Below, piece after piece: positions 11,958 to 25,309 of a stretch of DNA of 64,000 nt (position 1 is its first letter; each line of letters starts with the position of its first letter). The position numbers were made by a program, and so were the translations under genes. Source of the DNA: Anthoceros angustus. Its lineage: Eukaryota; Plantae; Anthocerotophyta. The stretch is from contig MU008171.1 in NCBI GenBank assembly GCA_010909165.1, positions 124,001 to 188,000 of the forward strand, read 5' to 3'. The notes beneath the pieces were generated by a model. The model did not search any database. It had not been told where the DNA came from and saw nothing but the letters and a program-made list of their open reading frames with translations.

Positions 11958-13588
11958 AGTTTAGGTGACCTTCGGTTGACCTCTGAGAGTCGTCCGGTAT
12001 TGTCCTAAGTTCGATTGAGTTGTAATATATGTGGGTCGACTAGTGATCGAAGTATAATTAAACCTGTACATCAATGGACACCCATGAATGAGATTAGATA
12101 TGTAAAATTGAGGATGAAGGATACCCGAGACAAAGATTTGTAGACCTAATGATATGGATACTAGAATTTAGTCCAATCGAAACAAAAACCCCGAAACAAC
12201 ATATCGAAAACATAGGAGAAGGGATGAGAAGTAATTAGGTGTATACATATCATATTAGGCTAGACTTGATGTCCAACATAATGAGCGGCTATTCTTCAAT
12301 ACACAAAGTTAGGTCCAATCCTTGAGCTCCAATACCTATGCATATACTTGGGCTGTGTAATTAAAGCAGCTTGGGATTCAGGACTGACATAGTCCGGGCT
12401 GCCCTTGAGCCGTTCTTGAAATGCTGGTACCCAGATCTCGTCAAAATGGAGGTGAACAGCAAATCTGTCTGCAATCTCTTATTTCCGACGATATCAAAAC
12501 GAGGTGGCAGGATAGGTCAGGTTCTGGAAACTCCGCCTTCGAATAACCCTTCCACATCCGACACAACGGAATACAGGCATGTCTGCGCTGCAGCCTTCAT
12601 CAGCCCTGCCTGAAGTCCGCAAGCTCAACCAAATTTGTGGCCACGGCGAGACTTCGAGACGTCCTGAAGCCGTTTCTGACGTCCACAAGAGACTGACCGG
12701 GTAATGAAAGGCGCAGGCTGCAGCGTATGGTTGGAAGCGCGTCTTTCGTTTAACACCATGCATAGACTGTGGGAGTGCCTAATAAGTTAGGTCCAGCTCT
12801 CCTGTCAATTGTCTGTGTCGCTTGAGATTCGAGAAGATCGATTGGCAATCCCAGTCAGAGACACTGTCGTAACCTATTTCATATTCCTAGTGAAGTAAAT
12901 CATTATAATATTTTAAAATATCTTAAAATTATATATAATGAACTACCCTAACAGCCGAAGGAAGTTCGTGGATGGGTGGAGAAGCGGTGAATCAGACGTT
13001 CCACAGAAGCTGCACTTCGTTGCAACCAGCAGCTGATCGTCCCGGTGCAGCACCAAACGCAGCTTGAGATTCAGGACTGACACAGTCTGGGCTGCATTGA
13101 AATCGCTACGCAACGCCTTGGTGTGGTTTCTGTGATTCAGGCCTCCAGGCATGTTCGCGCAAGCAAGTTGATGCCATTTGTCGAGTTTCCTTGGTGAGAC
13201 TGGCTAGTGCGACCCATGGGGGTCTCGGTGGGCTCTCCCATCTTCCTCCCTCAAGAAAGTTTCATCTTCTTCCTCTGCCATGGAGCTTAACACATCCTCA
13301 ACCTCAAGCATGACATCGAAAACCCCTATTTATGCAACTGTTTCCCCTGCTGAAGTCCTCCATCAGATGGCAGAGGCCAGCACTACTGGGGAGGGATTTT
13401 TACTCCACTGACTGAGCTCGTTGCCATGACAAAAATATATAGATGACCTCCGGCTCCGGGGATGGTGATGCCCAGTGACAGGCTGAACCCAGCGGTGCAA
13501 TGGCAAACTCCGACACTCCCGGAGGGCCACCCGGAAGGTCCATCCTCGGAGCAGATTGGATTCCAGCTTATGGAAACCCAGACCAGAC

Positions 13589-13595
13589 TATTTAA
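13589..13595 (+). promoter_or_regulatory. TATA-like box of RBCS
   Basis: TATTTAA ~110 bp upstream of the ATG, followed by a pyrimidine-rich leader. Confidence 0.55.
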
Positions 13596-13700
13596 GCGGG
13601 CCCCTACGCGGGCAGCATTCGCTCCATCCAGTGTCTTCAGTGCTCTTTCTTCTCGATCTCTTCATCTGCAGCAGAGCTTCCCCTTCCTGCTTGCTGAGCC

Positions 13701-14476
13701 ATGGCTTCCGTGGTCGCTTTCACATCCGCCGTTGCGGCACCGGCCGCATTCGCGGCTGCCTCCCCCAGCAGCTCCGTCTCCGAGGCCTCCACCGTGCGGG
13801 CCTTCGTAGGCCTCAAGTCCGGGGCTGCCTTCTCCGGCAGGACAGCCAGCCTCAGCTCCAGGACCGTCAGCAACGGCAGCCGTGTGGACTGCATGCAGGT
13901 GCAATGCCTGCTGTGAATCGGCTTCTTGGAAATTCAATGCGCAAGCAAGCTTGCGGGTCGAATTGCTCAGCCCACGGATGGATGGTTTCCATTGCGTTGC
14001 GCAGGTGTGGAATCCCATCGGCAACCCCAAGTTCGAGACCCTCTCTTACCTGCCTCCGCTCACGTCCGACCAGATTGCGAAGGAGATCGATTACATGTTG
14101 GCCAAGAACTGGATTCCCTGCCTCGAGTTCGACCCGGTAAGCTAGCCTGATTGTTGCAGGTTTTGACCTGGAATGGAATGCATGTCCTGGACTCCTGCTG
14201 GTGCGCCTGTTGCGAGACTGAGGTGTTGGCGGAAATTGTATGCAGAGCGGTTCCATCGGTGTGATGCAAGGCCAGCCTGGGTACTACGACGGGCGGTACT
14301 GGACCATGTGGAAGCTGCCCATGTTCGGGTGCACTGACGCCGCATCCGTGTTGAGGGAGGTGGAGAACTGCAAGCAGGCTTACCCCGGCTGCTTCATCCG
14401 CGTCCTGGGATTCGACAACAAGAGGCAGGTCCAGTGCTGCTCGTTCATCGTCCACAAGCCTGGCCAAGGACAATAG
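13701..14476 (+). CDS. RBCS: Rubisco small subunit, chloroplast precursor (3 exons, 186 aa)
   Basis: Exons 13701-13898, 14005-14136, 14246-14476. Ser/Ala-rich transit peptide ending RVDC|MQVWNP; [50 protein letters not shown]. Confidence 0.98.
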
Positions 14477-15734
14477 AGTCATCACCATGGCCTCGGATCC
14501 GGATCCGGATCCGGATCGCAAGCCCAAACACTCGGAGTAACCTATAGGACAGTACAGGGGAGCAAATTTTCTCCGCTTCAAGCTCTTCTTCTGTATCTTG
14601 CAAGTACTAGACGTAAGCAGGCTGAAACTTCCAGACAAAATGAGGCCGTCAAGCTAAAAGAGATCACTGCATCAATAAAAGGTTCATCCTCAATCCACAT
14701 CTGCAACCTTCAGTCTATGTGCAATCGAAAGTGGAGGTCATAGAGGTATGATATGGTGTGACATAATGGCACGCAGCCCTTCATGTATGACTGCTGCAGT
14801 TGAAATTGCTTATGAGAACGTTGGCGGATGTCGCAAAATGTTGGGTGCAATTTTGGTGCTGTCTGCAAGGTCGTCTGTACTTGATCACACCTGACCGTTG
14901 TCCAGCTTCAATATTACTCAACAAAACCGTTTTGGGGCGACCTGAGCAAAAGTGCGGAGGAACCAGACGCCATGAGTGTTTGGTCAGTGATGGCCTGCAG
15001 CAGGAGCGGAAAGCTGGGAACTAAATATTTTGGGGCACTCTTTCCCTCTTGATGCCATCACGGCTGGAAACTCATTGCTGTGACTGACGCAGTTGCTTTG
15101 TTTTGCAGATACGGCTGGTCCATGCAGTGGATGGCCAGACAGATTCTAGAAAAGCTTGTCTGAAATTGGAACGAGAGTCTCTGTTGTAAGTCTAAGCTAG
15201 CGTTTGCACATGACCTTGGACTTAATCTTGCTTAGGACCGGTTTGGGCTTGTGAGAGGAGTGGCCATGCTGGAAGCCATTCACATTTCTTATGGCACCTG
15301 TCACAGGGACTTGGCTGGGAAATCAGGGTGGTGGCAGTTCTCATATGTCTCATAGCTTCTGTGCAAAATCCGGAGGTCTCAGTTTCAAGCCGCTATCACC
15401 CTACATCCTGAGGTCGAGATTTCAAGCCCCTCCGCTTCTCGTTATCCTTGACCTGACGAATTTTCCTTCCCTTCAAAGGAAACAGGTGCAAACCACGTAC
15501 CTAACCATGTAGCAACCGATATAATCGGTTTTAATGGAAGTTTGTATTTAATAAAAAGGGAAAATGAGAGATAATTCTTTATCTACATATGTGGCGACTC
15601 TGGCGAGCCTCATCCGCTGGGCTGACTTAGAGACGGACTGAACGGCGCCAAGCGCAGCTACCGTTCTTGTTACTGAACACTAAGCGCCCAGTGACTGAAG
15701 GGCGGCCCCCCTTGGCAGTCCAGGTTCATCAGCC

Positions 15735-16685
15735 ATGGCTTCCAAGAAGGGGGCGGCGGTAAAGGGCAAGGGCAAGGGCAAGGCATCCAAGTACGCGGAC
15801 GATGCACCGTGGAGGAAAACCGGGGAAAAGGCAGTCCCTATTATCTCTCAGGGTGCCATCCTCTCTGTCCGTGAAGGCCCTAATTTCCGCTACGCCATGA
15901 GCATCATGAAGGTGAGCAATCCATCACCTCTCCACTCTGCTTTGTGCTCGTACTCCACTATGTTTTTGGCTATGTACTGCTGAAGGCACTCCGGTAGGAT
16001 AGTTCTTGGCCTTGCATCTTTGACACACAAGGTGTTTGGTGCTTTCAGTCCCAGTCCTTTCCATTGTTTGTATTGGAAGCCGGAATTGGTTTTCTTTAGT
16101 CTGTCGCTCTCACTGATCAGATTAGCGTGTTTTAGCAGCATCCGGATCCTATAGGCATGGGGTTAGCCACGGAGGCTTTTGTGGAGCCAGCTGGGCCCGA
16201 TTGTATTGTTCCAGGTCAAGTCAAGCCTTTAAGGATACAAGGCATTCAGGTACGCTCATCTGCCACAAGCTTGTGTCGGGTCTTGTGTCGTGGTGTGAGA
16301 CACTGGAAGCTGACTTTGAAAGTGGTGTTGGCAGATCTGGCCGCTCCCTTTCCAGCTCTCTGGCAGCTTGAAGGCATTGGAACCAATCGGTCGAGAGCTG
16401 AAGACTATCAGTAGTGTAAGTAGTTTTTTCAGTCTACTTTCAGGGAGCACAGGTTGTGTTGTGCAGCTGATGGATGTACCTGTCTGTGCGTCAGTTAATG
16501 GAAAAGGCTTTCGACTTGATGCAAGCCCCTTTCGGCGAAAGATGAAAGGGATGCGTAGGGCACGTCAAGTCCAAGCTACTTTCAGCCTGGGTATTTTGGT
16601 TAGCCACGGACTGTACTGCTTCTACCTACTTTCCGCTAGGGCAGGTTCGCGTCCCGGGACTCGTTCTAACCCTGGGCACTGCTAA
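15735..16685 (+). CDS. Small conserved plant protein of unknown function; last exon and stop uncertain
   Basis: Exons 15735-15911, 16139-16249, 16335-16415 and 16467-? splice to …APWR…MKHPDPIG.GLATEA.VE.AGPDCIVPGQVKPLR..G…WP…LEPIGRELK…LMD. I recall this from conserved uncharacterised land-plant proteins. Confidence 0.7.
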
Positions 16686-18401
16686 CCGCGTGTTCCAGGA
16701 TTTGACGGCTTGCAGGTCCACGGTGCCCACAGCTGCCCTATCGACCAGGTTCTGAAAGACGGGGATAAACGATTCCAGCGACCAGCATGGAAGCCTCCAT
16801 GGTAGGCATCCAGTAGCTGAGGACGTCATGTCATGCAAGTCTCCGTGGAAAGCCCCAATATCGAGGACATACAGTTGATCACTGCAGTTTGCAGATAAAG
16901 AGACTGGATCAAGCTTACAAATGTGTGATTACTGACCAGGCTTGAGAAATATGTGTCCATGTGGTGCGGATGTTGTGCCAAGGCAGTGTTGTGTAGCTGA
17001 TTCCAACATCATCAGCTTTAAGAGGTTCAAGTCCTCTTCTTGCTCTGGCCTGGTTGACCACCGTCTTCAACATCCTCCGGCTTGTACAAATGTTGGATAA
17101 CTTCAATAGCCATTTAGGCAAAGTCTCATTCATCTACGTCCAAGAGGCAGGCCCTGGAAGTATGAGAACTTTAACCTCTGATAGATTAAACACACTGGTT
17201 TGAAGGGTATTGAAGGGTGCCTGCGTACCTGTGTCCCATTTTTCACAATTCCGTGATACAGAACCCAGCGCGGGGTCACCTGCCAGTAACATAACAGATG
17301 TTGTACGATAGATGGAACTTCATATCGAGAGTACATATGCTCATCTGGACAGTTCACTCTCAAGCCTGGATCCAAAAGACAACACCGGCTTTCCAGATTC
17401 ACTGCCGCTGCATTTTGCACGATCTGACCCGATTCCCCGCAATTCAGGACCGACGGAAACCCGGGTGCCAATTATCGGACCTTCAATCTCGCTGCCACCG
17501 CCTGAGGCCGAGGCGATGCAACCCCAAGGCGCCCTTTCGAGCCAGTAAGAAACTCGATCCGGTTCACCTAACCCGGCCTCGGGTTAGTTGAACTGTAGAT
17601 TTTTCGGCTGTCTTGGTGGAACCCTCGTGACAGAGGAGCGGAGCAACCCGCCGAGCGTAGAAGGAAGCCGGCAGAGGAAGGATGTACAACGGGGTTGGAT
17701 TGCGATTACTCGTAATCGATTGCGATTGATCGTCACAATTGCTCGTAATACGGTGGAATTTGCATTTCTTACGGTGAGACATATCAAAAGCAACTCCAAT
17801 TCATTGTAGACACAGTTCAGTCAGTGTCCGAGGCCATAGTCCTCCCGTTAAATCATCCAGGAAAGATCGCTATTCCCAGCCCATATTATGATTTCAAGCT
17901 TGGCCGGCGTCGTACACCCTCAAAGGGTAGGTTTCTGTCTCAGCACAGCTTCAAACAACAGTGTTCTCAGTGGTCCAATCATATCCAAAGTCGCAGCCCC
18001 TATTTCTCCCTTCCTGAAGCCACCAATCTAGTTCGCATCTGCAAGCAGCAGCCTGGCAGATTAATACAAAACTGGTTCTTGCATTCTAATCACATGTACC
18101 TCTCAGCTCCCCATCAATAACCCATGGTTGAACTACACACCAACCAAATCTAGCTAAAGCACACAACCGACTGTGGACGGGCGTCTAACATAAACGAAAA
18201 CATACGATATCCCTAGGGAAACAGACCAGAGAGCTGCCGCAATGCTCCTGCTCAGAGCTTCTCGAAATTTGACCGTGAAATTTCGGCAAAGTGCAGTGAG
18301 GTACCCTGGTGGTCGAGGTCACAGAACAAGATCACTCAGAGGACCGAAAGTAACAGAAAATTCGGACCAAAGATAAACCAAATGCATTTTGAATCTCTGT
18401 T

Positions 18402-18562
18402 GGGTAGGGGCCGCGCGAACGCGAGCCCCCGCTGTCACAAATTATGACGTCTATTCTACCCGTAGGTAGATAGTGGAACCACCCCGGCCGTGGTGCAATG
18501 GCGGAGGTGTCTCCAGGTCATCGGCCTTCATGATCACCGATAGGCCCCGCCCAGGTAAGTAT
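18402..18562 (-). ncRNA. U1: U1 spliceosomal snRNA (copy 1)
   Basis: Minus strand: 5' ATACTTACCTG, loop I GATCATGAAG, loop II ATTGCAC, Sm site AATTTGTG, terminal stem with GCGTTCGCGC; about 161 nt. Confidence 0.96.
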
Positions 18563-18584
18563 GTATCCAAGTCTCTCTCACCAC

Positions 18585-18632
18585 TTTACATACAGAAATC
18601 CTGGCCACTCTCACTAGCTCCGCGATATGGGG
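18585..18632 (-). promoter_or_regulatory. snRNA promoter of U1 copy 1 (TATA plus USE-like element)
   Basis: TATGTAAA at about -23 to -30 and CCCCATATCG at -61 to -70, resembling the plant USE RTCCCACATCG. Near-identical elements lie in the same positions upstream of copy 2. Confidence 0.75.
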
Positions 18633-19107
18633 TTTTAGGCGAGATTCTAAATTGGTGAGAATATGTTTGCTCGTTGCACGCATGTTCTCAGGGTCGGCCC
18701 CAAGAGCCTTCACTTTTTGTATCTCTGGCCTGTGCGAACCTTAGATTTATGTACTAGACATGCGTCTTTGAGGACTATGAAGTGCTGACTTGCCGATTCC
18801 ACCCGACAAAGTAGTATGACAATGCTGCAAAGAAACACTAGAACTGTTCTTAAATTCCTATGTATCACTACATGTTGATTCCTCCTAAGAGAGCTGCCGT
18901 GATCCAAGGCATGAGCTTGTGCAGAAACTGAGCAGACATTGCTCATGCTCTCAGCATAGAGAAAGAAGCCATCAAAGAGTAGTGACAAGAAATCGCTCCA
19001 CCGATCTACAGCTGCATTTGTACATGAATGAATGAAAGTACGAAGCATAGCTACGTACGAAGGTGAGTCAGGTAATGACCATCGCTTTCTCCCTGTCGGG
19101 AAGAAAA

Positions 19108-19272
19108 TATGAGTCTTTAGTGCCCGGCCTTTAAGGTATCCAGCTTATGCAAGCACCATGCCACTGGGCAATCCAGCTCAATCACCGCTTATGAGTCTTT
19201 AGTGCCCGGCCTTTAAGGTATCCAGCTTATGCAAGCACCATGCCACTGCGCAATCCAGCTCAATCACCGCTT
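19108..19272. repeat. 82-bp near-perfect tandem duplication
   Basis: TATGAGTCTTTAGTGCCCGGCC at 19108 and 19190. Confidence 0.9.
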
Positions 19273-19378
19273 AAGAAGAGGAAATTCGTGTAAAAATTAG
19301 GTCGGAAGGCATTTTATTACAATGCCGATGCCGAGAATTGAGCTCGGGACATCAACGTGGATGGCAAGGATTCTCATG

Positions 19379-21834
19379 ACAACAACTTTATTTATGTCCA
19401 TTAAGGATGGAAGGACCATCATGGGATAAAGATAGTACAACATAAAAAGAGGCGTGAGACAAAAGAGCTATAAAGAGTCCAACTAGGTCTTCCGAAAATA
19501 AAGAAGCTCAAAGAGACATAGGCCAGTGAGCTCCAAAATATGAAATGAGAAGAATCTACGGAAGGAAAAACCAGCACACTCAAAAAGAAGAATGTAGCAA
19601 GCTCGAATAGGAGCATAGACAGGGCAATAGAAGAGAAAGTGCGACTCAGATTTAGGGTCAAGGGAGCAGAGCTTACAAATACGGGCAGCTTGAGGAGGTC
19701 TGGGCTTAAACCGGCAATCGGTCTCGATTCGGAGGTGGTGAGAGCTAACACGAAATTGACCGATGAGAGTGCGGAGCTTGAAGGAGAGAGAGCAATTGAG
19801 GTAATGTGGTAGGGCAGGGAACCCAGAGGGAGGATTGACACGGAACTCCTCCTTGTAGAAACGGAGTTTGGACGTTAGGGGAGGGGCAAATGAAAGGGGG
19901 AACCAAGTGAGACGAAGGTATCTTAATTTAAGGTCCCGCCGGATGAGGTGGTTGGGACGGCGATGAGAAAGGGGGAGGGGGAATGGGAGTTGGCCAAGCC
20001 GGGAGCCTAAGGGGTACAAAGTCAAGCCGTTTAAGCCAAGCAGCTCCTGGGGAGAGCCAAGAAAAAGAAACATGGGAATCAGTATTGAGCCAAAGGGAGC
20101 GGGAAGACTTGTAGGGAAGGAGATGGTAGGGGGGGAAGGGTTGTTAACAATGTCAAGCAGGAGCAAGCGGTAAAGGAAACAAGAGAGGCAAAAGAGTTAC
20201 AGGCAATGTGAGCATAGAGAAAGGAGGCTTGTACTTTTTCTACCTTAGCCCAAGAGGAAGAGAAAAGACCCGAGCCCCAAACCTTAGCACCATACATAGT
20301 GGAGGGTATGACCAATGTGTTGAAAAGCTGCTTCTAGAGGTTGATATCCTAAATATTCATCCTGTATAAAGCCCAACGCAGAGCACCAGCAGCACCCATG
20401 CCCTTGGAGGTGCGGGAAGAGGCAGAAAAAGTTCATTTGAACTTCGGAGCAAAAATCATAACACCTAGGTACGTATAGGAGCGGACCATCTCCACCTCTT
20501 GACCATCATAATAGAATACGCAATCACCGTTGTAATCCTTAGAGTTGAATTGTATGATCTTGGTCTTACGCAGATTCACATTGAGACCCTTGGCTTTGCA
20601 AAAACTAGAAAGCACGTCGAGTTGCTGTTGTAAGGCTTCCGAGGAATGCGAAAAAAGCACAATATCATCTGCATATAAAAGGATAGCGATACTCTCGAGG
20701 AAGAGGCAAGTGCCATGATCACCAGATGACAAAAACCACTCTTCAAGCTCGTCAATGTACAACCCAAAAAGATTTAGAGACAAAGGATCATCCTCACGAA
20801 CGCCAAGTTGGATGGGAATCTGGTGAGTAGATTAACCATGAGGAGTTTTGGATGCGAACATAAACCCGGCTGTAGAGGAGAGTAGAGGCATGCCACAAAT
20901 GGGAGGGCATCTCTAAAGATTTCAGCCTATCAAATAGCTTGTCCCAAGGCACAGAGTTGAAAGTGTGCTTAAAATCTACAAAACAGCAGTAGACATGATT
21001 CTTCCTGTGTCGAGCCTCATCAATAATTGCTCGAAGGGTAAAAATATTGTCTAAAGTATTCCGGCCAGGGCGGAAACCAGTTTGACCACGGGCACGCACC
21101 TTAGCCGCCTTAGCCCAAGAGGTAGTGAGAATCTCCAAGCAAGAGCTGAAAGTCTTAGCATAAATAGACTCCACGGTGATAAACCTGTAGTTAGAAGGGA
21201 GGTGAGGGTCGCCCGCTTTAAGAATGGAATGGATATCATTCTCACACCAAAGAGCGGGAAAACTAGGAGGCAGGGCATCATTAAATAGAGTGGCAAGGTG
21301 AGAAGAAAGAGGGACAGGATTAGGAAAACGGAATAAATTCCCAGGAATGCCCGCAGGGTCAGGTGCAGTACCACTTCTCAATTTCCAGATGGCACGAGCC
21401 ACGAGATTGGCGTTGAAAAACTTGAGGCCGGGAATAGAGGAAATGGGGAAATGGGGGCTAGGAGGGCAGAGGGGATGTGGTAAAGACTATGAACGCAGGA
21501 GAGCAACTCAGAGTCATCTTTGAGCAGGATGAGGGAGCGAGTATGGATTTTTTTCCAAAAGGCAGAGCCACCAAGAGACGACCGGAGGAGGGAAGAAAGA
21601 CAGAGGTGTTCAGATTAGAGGAATTGAGACTTTTTTCATGAAAAGCAAAGTTTTATAAGGTTTAACAGGGGCTTTGTAGAGGGGGGAATGATGAGACCCA
21701 GGGGGACGTGAAGCTGGCGCAAGGTAAGACATAATTGAGAGCGCATGCGCTTATAGTCAACATCAAACCAAGGATGGCGAAGGGCCTGATTTTTGCGGGG
21801 GCGAGGGAGGGGGTGGTAGAATTTAAGAGGAAAA
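19379..21834 (-). mobile_element. 3' part of a degenerate LINE (RTE/RTEX-like): reverse transcriptase and C-terminal Cys/His domain
   Basis: NYRFIT, GQTGFRPGR, CCFVDFK, LLYADDIVL, YTYLGV, and FRVSSHHLRIE…CKLC…ESHFLFYC. The 3' end is AATAAA followed by a GTTGTTGT tail. Confidence 0.88.
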
Positions 21835-24800
21835 CACTACTACAATGCATCAGGATTTATGACGCGAAAAATGATGCCCGTGCAACGTGGAGGGTTGATT
21901 TATAACGCGGGCCACCTTGCCTTTTTCGTTGTTTATAACGTCACTCAAACTTCATCATACTTTAAAAAAATAACGCGTCCACCACAAGCGGTCAGCCGGA
22001 GAACCCGGTTGCCGGTGCGAGAGGGTTTCCGGTGGGGACGTCCGTACTCGGAACTAGGCGGCCTTAACTTGGGCCTTAACCCGTTGGGGTTAACCAAACC
22101 ATGAGCAGTGGCGAAAACCCCAAGCCAATTTCCACGGGGCCCTGCGAAAAGCAGGCGGGCGCCCGTCGGCCCTGACCTCAAACCCCGTCCCATCGGCCAT
22201 CGACGGACCCGTTCCGTAAATAGCGAGTCGACATCTTCCTTGCGGGTCGTCCGTACATCCCATCTTCGGCGTTTCGCACCATGGCAGTGGGCGGTGGACA
22301 CATGTTGTCAGCGGCCCTCATGACCCTTTGCGGGGTTACGCGATGGCCGGCGCGCTCGGTGATATCGGCCGTCGTTGAAGGTAGAGAGCAAAATCCGAAG
22401 CACAAAAGATTAAATTTGAAAATGCAGCTATCCATCAATTCCCGCCAATTCAAACTAACCACAGATGTTGATCAGTAGTTAGCATAAACCACCACAATAT
22501 AACTAAAACACGCTAACCATGGTTGACAAAATTCGTTCTCCATGGTTACCATATTACGTCGGTCTAGGTCGCCAACTCCCAACCACAGCGGCCAAACGTT
22601 GCCGAGGTTGCTTGTGGCAATTTTTTACAATTCATCCGCATCCATTTATAGTTTACTTACGGGCTACCCCTAATTGCACTGACATCATGAGCCCCATGTT
22701 CGCCACATGACGACTTGGTGCGTACGTGTGCCCCACCTTCCAAACCAACGTCGGTCTCACATTCCAGACGCATACCTAGAGGAGGAAATCGGAGGCTCCT
22801 TGTTTTTCTTCCGCTTGCTTCTATCTTCTGCGTCCAAGCAAGACTCCGCATGCTGTTTAGGGCCATTGACTAGTCTTCGCTTTAGGGGAGCCTTTCTTTT
22901 TGGCTGCGATAAGCACCAAAATCACCACAACATTATGTCATAGAAGCCCATAACCGCAGCACACCGCATCCACCGCTGGGTTTTCTTTCACTCACCGCAC
23001 TAATACCTCAAAACTAACCTTAGAATAATCATTGTCGGATGCCTTCTCGGCTGCAACATCAAAAATGGGGTGATTAGTCCTCCTGCAAAACCCTACTTTT
23101 CGTTTAAAAGGTATGCAGTCAAGTGCGGATTACCAGTTCGTGGTGGCCGTGTTATCCTCCTGTTTTCACTATCCGCCAAAGTGAATGATGGTGTGGCTGT
23201 AATGCCCTCCGCTCACCGCAGCGATTCGACATGGGCACATCGTCCTCTCGGCTGCACGCCATCTGCGGGCCAAGCTGGATCTTTGGCGGTCGAATACGAT
23301 CTGGGTCACCTGAGAACCCACCACCTGCCGTTGAGCGTCATCCACACATGAAATGAGAAGAACCCTTGGAAGAAGTGAAATGGCTAGAAATGCACGTGTT
23401 CTACAAACCTGCCTCCAAATTGTTTTCATGCGTCTTCTTCAATTGCGTATCCCTATAAGCTTGGATGGCATCAACACCGTGCACGCTGCACCAATCCTCT
23501 TCACCTTTTGTGGGAAGAACCCCCCACCGGGTCTTGAAGGCCTTGCGGAGGTCAGTGGCGCCACCGGCCATATGGATTGCACCCACCACCATCGTTCTTC
23601 TTCATCCGAGCCTCCGTCACGCTGAGGGCGAGGCCAAACACCATTGCCGCGGCCCTTAACTCCGAATCAACGCACTCGGTCCATGCCTCCTCACACAGAC
23701 CCAAGTCTCAAATCTCGATCATGGGTCCCTCCTTTCCGCACTGGCAGAACCTTGACTCTCTTCAACACTTGGAAGTTGCGGCCGAGCACAGCATGCCTTG
23801 TGATGGATGAAATCACAGGACCGGGAAAGACCTCTGCACAGCATCCACCATCTCAGCACGAAGCGAGACTAAATGCTGAGTGTATGGCTTCAACAATTTC
23901 AGACGACTCTGAACCAGCTCATTAACCCTTTTGTGGAACCCCGACTTGTCGATCGGGGTGAGGAAAAATTGCACACTCATGTGCGCCTTGACAAGGTGGC
24001 TGCCTCACAGCTCAGACGAGTTGCCTCCAAGAACTTGTCACTCCGTGCACCTTAATCGCCTTCAAAGACATCCGCTGTGTAAGAGTTGGCATAATGTTCA
24101 AAAAGCTTGCACACAAGGCTCGTTCGGGCACTTTTCCTCCGAAGCCTCAAAACGCCTCCAAGTGATGGCCTCTAGGTCCTCCTCACCGACTTCCTCTCCC
24201 ACGTCCCCACCACCTACCCCCCGGTGCTGTGCCTCCTCGTAAGGGGAACCATCCTCACTGTCTTCATACTCTTGCGCCCAAGTTAGGAGTCCTTCAACCC
24301 GCTCCCTCATGTCTGACGGCATCTTCTCCCTCCCGTCTTCCAAAACACAAGACTCTTCCTGCCAGAAACAAGATTGGAGGATCATGAGTAGGGTCTGAGC
24401 CTGAAATGCGTGCACGCAGGTACTAGACATTTCGGGATAGTACTGGGGTTCCACAACGCCTGCTGTCTCCCGTAGCGCCCGTTGTTGCCCCGCATGCTCG
24501 CCCTCCAACGATGCCCCATTCGCAAATGCCCGGTTTGCGTGGTCGCCCGGTCGCGTTCCATGCACCAATCGGGATGACACGCTGGCGTGACAAGTGCACA
24601 CGCCGCCTGCATTTCCGCAAGCCCATTGCTTCCTCTCCCGTGCACGACCCCATCGTGGGTTTTCCCGCCACCACCGCCACGTGGCGGCGGTGTACCGAAC
24701 CGATGTGATAGGCGGGTATGAGGTTGTCGATCCCGCCACACCCACCGACATCTTGTCTGCATATGTACAACGACACGCCACGCTCGGTGACAATGCGCTG

Positions 24801-25309
24801 GCCTGCGCATGGCGACGAGCTTAGATCCGCATGTTTGGTCGCAGATAGTAAGCGCAGGGAGAGTGCGGTGGCCTCTAAACTCCGTAGCTCGCAGCCCGTG
24901 CACGCTTCTCTCGGCCGTCTTGGGTGGAGGCGGCCACGCGGCTGCCGAGCCTTGGGTGATTCATCTCCCTCCCTTGCGGTCATCTCCCATCTTCCGCTCC
25001 TTATAGATGGAAATGTAGACTCCACCTTCAACGCGGACAATGGACAATGGAACATGCATCGCCGCAAGACATCGTGCATGCTTGCTTTATTAATCACAGT
25101 GAAGCATAAGAACTAGGCCCGAGCGTGAGGACAACTCAAGTGTAGCTACCTTCTATTCGGTGTACCCTACACAAAATAAAGTCTGGATAGGCCTTCTTCT
25201 TGCATGGTACGCTCTTGAGAGGGATGCAGCCCACGTACAACAAGACATGCCGTCATCGCATCACACTACTCCGACTCAAATGAAGACCGATCCCACAGCA
25301 TGCAGTGCA

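Noticed and set aside
12364-13280. Possible gene upstream of RBCS
   Set aside because: Only stop-ridden coding-like fragments and a ~45-bp duplicated stretch (12364, 13059); no consistent model.
14474-14476. U-to-C editing of the RBCS UAG to CAG
   Set aside because: Known U-to-C editing is organellar and RBCS mRNA is nuclear/cytosolic; nothing in the sequence supports it.
14060-14638. 192-aa antisense ORF over RBCS
   Set aside because: Shadow of GC3-rich coding sequence, with no recognisable motif.
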